A stretch of 64,000 nt of DNA from the human T2T-CHM13v2.0 reference genome, Homo sapiens, in NCBI RefSeq assembly GCF_009914755.1, contig NC_060935.1; one strand, written 5' to 3'. A program made the translations under genes and the position numbers. This document shows, one piece after another, positions 1 to 64,000 of this stretch. Positions within the stretch are counted from its first letter, which is position 1, and every line of letters begins with the position of its first letter. The notes beneath the pieces are model-generated. The model saw only the letters and a program-made list of their open reading frames with translations, did no database searches and was not told where the DNA came from.

Positions 1-690
1 CTAGAATGTCTAAAATTAAAGACTGATGACCTCAAGTGTTGACAAGGATATAGAGTAATTGAATTCTCAAACATTGCCGATGAGAACGCAAACTGGTAGA
101 GGCACTTAGGAATATAGTTTGGCCATATCTTATAAAGTTAAACATAGACTTACCATATGACCCAGGAAGTCAACTCTGAGGTATTTACCCAAGAGAAATG
201 AAAACCTATGTCCATATAAAAGTGTGTTCTCAAATGTTCATAGCAGTTTTTAAAAAACTATTAGTTCTAAACTGGAAGCAATCCAGACTAGAAATGGATA
301 AATAAGTTGTGATATACCTTATAATAGAATACTATTCAGCAATAAAAAGGAACAAACTAATGATATATGCAAGAACATGTATGAATCTCAAAAGCATTGT
401 CCAATGTGAAAAAAGCCAGACAGAACTGTCTACTAAGTATATTCTTCCATTTATATGATATTCTAGAAGAGGCAAACGTATAGCAATAGAAGGCAGACCA
501 GTCTTTGCCATAGAAGGAGGGGACTGATTGAAAGGGGCAGGAGGAAACTTTTTGGGGTGATGGAAATGTTCTCCATCTTGGCTGTGGTGATGATTACATA
601 ACTATATTTGTCAAAACTCATCAAATTGTACAGTTAAAATTGGTTAATGTTATATGCAAATTACACCTCATAAAAGCTGACATAAAAATA
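1..690 (+). mobile_element. Old LINE-1 (L1M, L1MC/ME-like) ORF2 end / 3' UTR fragment
   Basis: Typical L1 3' blocks: ccatatgacccag, aaatgttcatagcag, tactattcagcaataaaaaggaac, tgtcaaaactcatcaaattgtaca. Confidence 0.75.
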
Positions 691-739
691 TTTTTAAACA
701 TTTCAACTGTTAATTTAGAACTTTGTTATAAGTTGTTTT

Positions 740-1770
740 AAATTTTGTAGCTTCTAATATAGATACAAAAAGTATAAAAATCATAAGTGTACAACTCAGT
801 GGTTTATCACAAAGCAAACACCATTTTAAATACCACCCAGTGAAAAAAAGAGAACATTGTGAACATCCAAGAAGACCACTCATTGCCTCTAACCAAAAGC
901 ATTACTTAGCCTTGTAGAAATATGCTTTGATATTACTGGGTTTTGAACTTTTACCTAAAGGAAATTGTGTAGTAGAGTTAACCTTATCCAAGAGAGGTTG
1001 GACCTTTGCCCTGGGTTCCTGGGAGTTGATCTCTAGCCCTTGGAATATGCTGCCTGATAAGCAAATCTGTTTACCTGGGGACTCTGGGCCAAGCAGTATC
1101 AGCTTGACTTCCAGAGGGACTGAAGACTAAAAGTCAGCCACATGTGTGGTCAACCATGTCTGTGTGACTGAGTCTCAATAAAAACTCTGAACACTGAGGC
1201 TTAGATGAGCTCCCCTGGTTGGCAACACTGCACCTGTATTGTCATACGACATTGCTGGGAGAAGTCAGTTTTGTCCACAATGCCACTGGGAGAGGACAAC
1301 TGAAAGCTCCATGCATGGAACCCTCCTGGACTGTGCCCCTGCACCTTTTCCATTAGCTGATTTTAATTTGTATCCTTTCATTGTAATAAACTATAACTGC
1401 AAGTATAACAGTTTCACAGAGTTCTGTGAGCCCTTCTAGCAAATTATCAAACCTGAGGGTTGTCTTAGGAACCCCAAACTTGCAGTTGGCATCAGAAGTG
1501 TGGGTGTTCTTTTGGGGACCCTGAACTTTGTAGTTGGTGTTAGAAGGGTGGTCTTGAGGACTCCTAAACTCTGCAGAAATCATATGGTATTATTTTGTAT
1601 ATGGCTTCCTTTACTCAGCCTTGTTTCTGAAATTCATTTATATTACAGCTTGTAAGTATATTCACTTTAATTGCTTGTGTAGTAATGTACTGTATGAACT
1701 GACTATAATTTACTCACTCTACTGTTGATGGACATTTGGACTTTTTCCAGATTTGTACTATTGCTACTGA
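740..1770 (-). mobile_element. Old L1ME-like 3' fragment interrupted by the MER21 LTR
   Basis: aagtgtacaactcagtg...; removing the LTR restores aaggaaat|catatggtat...gatggacatttgg. Confidence 0.6.
966..1575 (+). mobile_element. MER21-family solo LTR (ERVL)
   Basis: TG...CA termini; 5-bp TSD GAAAT (961-965 and 1576-1580); internal AATAAA; ~40-bp imperfect repeats at the 3' end. Confidence 0.75.
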
Positions 1771-1882
1771 CAACCCTATAGAGAAAAACAGAGAAATCCA
1801 TCATCATAGTGTCAGATTTTAAAACATCTGTCTCAACTTATAAGAATGAGCAGACCAAAAAAAGTCAGTAAGAATATAGATT

Positions 1883-1888
1883 TTTATT
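1883..1888 (-). terminator. Probable distal polyadenylation signal AATAAA of ALKBH8
   Basis: tttatt on the + strand; about 20 nt further along the minus strand is a U-rich downstream element (T-run followed by ggtctg). Confidence 0.6.
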
Positions 1889-2009
1889 ATACAATTAACA
1901 AATTATATTTGGCATCACTTAATACCTAAAACTCCTCTGGGAGTAATAATAATGAACATTTCTCAAAGCCATACTATATTCTTACACTATCCTATGATGT
2001 ATACAAATA

Positions 2010-2175
2010 TACTTTCAGTGAATTTTCATAACAACTCTTCCAATTTTACAGCTAAGAAAACTGAAGCACAGAAAGTCAAGAAATTTGCCCAAAATCCCAC
2101 AGCTAATAAATGGCAGATCTAGAATTCAACTCTCAGGAAATCTGATTCTAGAGCCCAGTTCTGAATTCCTATGCT
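2010..2175 (-). mobile_element. MIR SINE fragment in the 3' UTR
   Basis: ttttacagctaagaaaactgaagcacagaaag...aatttgcccaaaatcccacagcta, MIR core. Confidence 0.7.
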
Positions 2176-3059
2176 ATTTTTCAACATCTTCCATTTTCTC
2201 TCCCTTCTTGAGTCAATTTTGGTATTTTTCATCTTCATAGAAAATCATCTATTTCATTTGGATGTTAAAATTTATTGGCATGACTTGACTTCAAACTTTG
2301 GTGTCAAGTACCAGAATTTATATCAGAAATAAAACTATTTTTAGCCCTATATTCCTTTTCCTATATCATGAGCCTTATAAATTCATCCCAGAGGGACCAG
2401 TACACCAGGATGTTGGACTGAAATTCCATGAAAAAAATAATCATCCTCTCATCTGAGACCCATTATTGATCACTATAGGTTTCTGAAAACTTGATGCTTC
2501 AAGATTAAGTATCACTAGCATTAATAACAGTAAACATTAATTAAACAGAAAGCAATTTTTCTTTAAAACAGTCTTAAGCATTACTACTACAAAAGTAATG
2601 CATACTGGGAGTAAAGTGTTCAAAAAATTTTTTCTTTGAAAAAAAGCCTTTTCCTTCTATGTGATAATTTGACCTATGGTTGAATTTCTACCTTTGTTCC
2701 TCCAGGAAATCTAACCTAAGTGGTAAGTTAACTGGGTTACTATTATGCAATATTGTACAGATCTTAAAAATAACCCGATTGAACCTGGATTGGGACAAAC
2801 TATGAATCAACTAGAAATAACCAATAATGACACCACAGCTTTGGCTCTAAGGGCACAGTTAGGTCTGAGTGACCACATTCTAACTTTTGTCATTTAAACA
2901 AAGGAGTTAAAGGAGCACATTTGGGTTGTTTTTAGCACCCTGTTCAATGAATTTGGAATACCAATTAACTCTTGATAATAAATTAGTCAGGATTAGTAGT
3001 TATTTCAGTCACTTAAAAGTAATCTTTTGCTCCAAGGTGAATCGTCTCTCATTTTATGT

Positions 3060-3250
3060 TTTTCATGGCATTTATCACTATCTGGCACATAGTATCTATT
3101 TATTGATTTGCCTGCTGTCTGTCTCCCCGTCTAGAATGTAAGCACCATAAGGGCAAGAGCTTTGCTCTTTCTTATTCACTGCTTCATTATCAGTACTTAA
3201 AATAGTAACTGGTACATGGTTGGGTTCAAAAAATAGTTTTTGAATGAAAC
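3060..3250 (+). mobile_element. L2 3'-end fragment in the 3' UTR
   Basis: gtctgtctccc...ctagaatgtaagcaccataagggcaag...ttttgaatgaa. Confidence 0.65.
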
Positions 3251-3795
3251 TCCTACTAAGTTCTGGGTATTATCTGATTGACTAAACGTTATTGGACACC
3301 CGCTATACGTCCAGCCCTGGGCTAGTCAGGCATGGAAATAGAATGGTTATTGTCTATGATTTTACAGAGCTAAAAATCATAGGTAAAACTTCAGACAATT
3401 TTCTATTGACCAGGACTATTTTCTGTATTAACATATAATTACATCCCTAAAATCCTACATGATTTACTACATTTAGTAGCACTTTACTAAAAAACTATTA
3501 TCTTCAAAATCCTGGGCTCTTACCCAAGAATTACAAACACTGCACAAACTGCTTCAATCACTTTTAGAAACCACCTCTCCTAGGGAAGTAGGAGGAGCCA
3601 ACACCACATCTGTGATGTCAGCCAACAGGAGACATTTGAATGTCTCCTAATGAATCCCTACTTCCAAATTTTTCTCAGCTTTCCTTTGGTACTTTCCCAC
3701 AAGTTTTCTCTTTAATTAAAAGGGTAATTAATTTATTCTCTCTTTTTTTTTAAGTGAGCATTTCTTCTTTATATATGATGTGTTCAGGTAAATAA

Positions 3796-60009
<56,214 letters not shown>

Positions 60010-61138
60010 AGCAAACTGTAAAAAAAAAAGACAGTAAAAAAGTCAACCTTAAGAGTCCTGAAGGAACAATTATAATGATGTTATTCATACATTCTATAGT
60101 TTATCAATATTTCTGTGACAATTTTTTAAAAATGCTTCATTTACCTTGTACCAACTAAGAGAAGTGAGAACAGATAAATAAAAAATGAACAAATATCTAA
60201 GAATATCTAATAGCATAGCTCTGATGGTTCTAAAAAATGTTCCAATGTGGTAGCTCCATTAAGTGTGCTATTTTACTCATAGGTGATGAATTCTTTACTT
60301 ATGAGGTCCTAAGTAAAATGTGCCATACACAAATTTCACAACTATAACGTAAACCAAGGCAAGGAGCAGGCAGGGGAGTGGTGGGGGGAGAAATAACACA
60401 CAAAAAATTAGCAGACTCTACAGTATGATTCCATTTACATAAAGGTCATAATCAAAAAGTAAGCCATATATTATTTAGAAATACATACATAGCAGTGCCA
60501 AAAAAAAAAGCAAGGAAATTATAAACACAAAATTCAGGAGAGAGGCTATTTCTGTGGGTGAAAGGAAAGGAAATTAACATGAAAGTGACACATAGGAGCA
60601 TCAAAGGGTGTTTCTTCAGTTACATGGTAGGTGTAGGTGTTTGTTTTACTATTTTAAAAACTGTATGTGTCATATATTTTATATCTACAATTTTTTAAAT
60701 AACAGAATCCCAAAGAGGTCTCTATAATCACACCATCCAAATCAGCACCCAATATCATGCTTTATCACACTTTATCACAGTAGTCTTTTATTTTGTTCAC
60801 AAAATGTAACATAATTTGTGATGATTCATCTGTTAGCTTAACTCCTCCATCATGATATAAATCCCAAGAGAGCAGGAATGCCAGCACATAGCAGTTGCTC
60901 AATAAATATTTGATGGTAGGGCTAAATGAATAATAAATGAGTGAATACACACAGTCTCAGCACCCTGCAGCATGCAACCATAATAAAGTACATAGTTTAT
61001 GCTTTCAACAAGTTTGTAACTTAGTTGTGGAAAACAAACACTAAACAATAAGACTATGACACATCTTTATATAATTTAATGCTGATGGTACAGTCTTTAG
61101 GTATGACACAAATTAGAGACAAAAATAAGATGGATGTG

Positions 61139-61458
<320 letters not shown>

Positions 61459-63475
61459 TCAAAACAGGAGATTTGTGCCATGTACTGAAGGATAAGAACA
61501 CTATAGAATCAAATAAAAAGGAAAGTATTCAGTGAGGCAGTAAAGAGCAGAAGCTAAAACCAAAATGGACATGTTTGGCCAAGACACCAAGACACAGGCA
61601 TAATTTTTTTAGACCGGTCCCACTCTCTGCGGACTTTAAAGTCTTCAAAGTCAACCAAATATACAAATTTGGGGGTTAAATAAAATCTTATTTATCTTAT
61701 TTCACATGAAATCATAAACAGTCAAAATTCTAATTACTAATCTTTAGTATAGAAGACAAATGCCAAGTCTCTTAAAATGCCAGCAGTCCAGCTTCCTAGC
61801 ACAGGGGGTACATACTAGGATGTAAGGCCAGTGAGGCAGGCAGGCTGGCTGGCAGCATAGCAGAGAGATGAGAGGTAAAAAAAATAATAATAATAATCCA
61901 GCTTGTTAATTAGAAATGCTGGCCTGATCTAGGCTGGGGGCAACAGAAAGAAGCGAAATAGGGGGAGAGGAGAAAGAGGAAGGGTGAGTGAAAAGTTCAG
62001 GCAGAATCAAGAGGCCTCGATGACTACCCAGATATGAGGGAGACAGGAATCAAAGATTACTTGTTAACCAGTTAGAGGCTGAGTGACTAAGAGATGAGTG
62101 CTACCACTTCAAAACTGGAAAGTCAGGAGGAGGTTCAGGAAGAGCTGCTCAGTATAGGAGGTAATGAGTCATATTTAGGATAGAATAATGTTTAAGGTAT
62201 TGTGAGATACAGAGTTGCAATGTCTGGCTGGCAAGTGACAAAATAAAGTGGCTCCTAGGAAAGGAACTGAGGTTAAAAAGGTTTAGGAGTCAGTCGTCAT
62301 TAAGACAGGAAGGGGATAAGTGAATGGACATGTCTAACATTGCATTAATTATAATTATTTGTTTTAGTATCTGTCCCCTTCCACTGAACTGTGAGCTTTC
62401 TGAAGGCGGGATTAAATCATACTTTTCTTAGTTACCACAGAGCCTCATTCAGTGCTATGAGGTAATATAATACAGTGTTTAGGAGTCCATGTTCCAGGTT
62501 CAAATCTCAGCTCAACCACTGATTATTAGCTGTATAATCCTAGATGAGTTGGTTATATAGCTCTGTGTTCCAGTTTCTTTATCTAGGAATAGGGATAAAA
62601 ATAATAGTGCCTATCCCATAGCTTTCTTAGAATTAAATTTATTTATTACTGTTGATTTTCAGAAGCAGCAGATCAAAATGGCTTAACAAAACAAAGAATA
62701 TCTGAGGCCCTTCAAAGGAGCTATTTTAGAGCCATTCCATTTCAAGATCTTCATCTGTGGAACAGCAACTTTGCAGTATGTCATGGAGAACAAGGGATGA
62801 CTGCACTACAGAATTTTTAATATTTCACATGAGCAAACACTGCAAAGAAGGAATGAGAAAGAAACGATGCTAAATATATCTTTTTAAAATGTCTGCCACT
62901 AAGAGTCCAGCACCAGCAGGTGGAGCCTCATAACCACATTTTTGTCATCCCTTTCCTTTTTCTCTCCCTCAGTCATGCAATATTATTGCACGTGAAGAAA
63001 GACACTAAATGGCCTTTGAGGCTCAGTTTTCCACCATTCCAGTGGCTAGGCAATGTGCTGGCCCAACATATCTGAGTCATCTCAACAAGGATAGGCTGAT
63101 ACCAGCTGCTGAGGTCTGGAGGTGCCCCCTTCTGACAAAGCCACTTCCCTGGCCAGAGTTTCCACTAATGCACAGATACTTGGATGCTCCCTGTGACATT
63201 ACTGGAGTGAAGTCACTATTAACTATGATACTAGCCATGCTGAGTCCGGTTCAGCCAGCTCCAGCCTAAGCGTACTCTCTGTGGGATAATGAAAGTTTGG
63301 AGATTATGCATGCTCTGCTACTTGCTTGTTAGTGAGTTTAAAGCCAATATATCCTACTAGATATTGCCCTACGTGGTAATAGTAGTATGTACATCATGCC
63401 CTCCTTGAATAATAGAGAGCCTATTATGAAACAAGCAGTATAGACAAATGTTCCTATACTTATATGTTTAAAAAA

Positions 63476-63511
63476 ATGCAAAAACCATGATTACTTTTGC
63501 ACAACCTAATA
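63476..63511. mobile_element. MADE1 (Hsmar1-derived MITE) single arm
   Basis: gcaaaaaccatgattacttttgcacaacctaata. Confidence 0.6.
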
Positions 63512-63799
63512 ATTAATAGCAAAGATTAGAAAGAATCTAACTTCCTATCAAACGAGGCCCAATTTTAAAGTACGGCACTGGTATACAGAGTTTACATATA
63601 AATCTTTAGGACACACAAGAAATTGGTGATATGGGTTGCCTCCAGGGAAGGAAAATGGATCGATGAGTAAAGGAATGAAAGGGAGCTTTCTTCTTTCATG
63701 ACTTTTGAAGTTAGTAGCTATTTAAACTGCATCATCTATTTAAAAAGAAAATAAAGATTTAAAATTTTTAGAAAAAAATTCACCCCATCACTTGTCACG

Positions 63800-64000
63800 G
63801 CACCCCGTTTTAACTCTTTGAATAACACTTACTACATATTTTCTTACACTCTCATTAATTTGTTTATTCTGTCTTTCCCCATAACTGAATAAAGAACACT
63901 CACTCCATGAAGTAGAGATTTTGTCTCTATTGTTCACCCTGTAGCACCCAGCACTTAAACAGGATTTAGCACCTAGCAGCCACTCAATAACCATTTGTCG
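63800..64000 (+). mobile_element. L2 3'-end fragment
   Basis: tttgtttattctgtctttcc...ctccatgaagtagagattttgtct...gcacctagcagccactcaataaccatttgt. Confidence 0.65.

Larger units (their letters stand above)
1865..3795 (-). other. ALKBH8: ALKBH8 3' UTR (distal end inferred)
   Basis: Follows the stop codon. Distal AATAAA at 1888-1883 is followed by a U/GU-rich tract. The end point is approximate. Confidence 0.6.

Noticed and set aside
1455-1575. Spaced ~40-bp repeats resembling a CRISPR-like array
   Set aside because: These are imperfect internal repeats of the MER21 LTR in a eukaryotic genome, with no unique spacers or cas genes.
62911-62927. Second CTCF-like motif CCAGCAGGTGGAG
   Set aside because: Mismatch at a strongly conserved core position; too weak without ChIP data.
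63476-63511. MADE1-derived miR-548-like hairpin
   Set aside because: Only one arm is present, so no hairpin can form.

Overview
This is AT-rich, repeat-dense primate genomic DNA, almost certainly human. It holds the whole coding region of ALKBH8, the tRNA wobble-uridine methyltransferase/hydroxylase (RRM + AlkB Fe(II)/2OG dioxygenase + Zn site + Trm9-like SAM methyltransferase), on the minus strand. I assembled 11 coding exons by hand, from the ATG at 60009 to the TGA at 3796. They sum to 1995 nt (664 aa + stop) with consistent phases. The first exon and promoter are not in the window, and I saw no CpG island. The 3' UTR probably ends near 1865. The introns hold about 20 Alus, many L1 fragments, solo LTRs (MER9, MER57, THE1), DNA-transposon relics and microsatellites; a MER21 solo LTR lies just beyond the 3' end. 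I found no prokaryote-type system, CRISPR array or RNA gene. Most interesting observations: (1) a diverged ~290-bp direct repeat bracketing the catalytic HxD exon 7, where both copies keep branch point, acceptor and donor signals and would act as stop-containing (poison) exons; a strong CTCF motif and an inverted Alu pair lie in the same 3.6 kb; (2) a GC-AG intron after exon 10 with a competing frameshifting GT; (3) two LTR fragments that look like L1-made polyadenylated retrocopies; (4) an unidentified 346-bp insertion inside an old L1. Repeat subfamily names come from my recall of consensus sequences and need RepeatMasker/Dfam confirmation. Exon numbering assumes one upstream exon outside the window.
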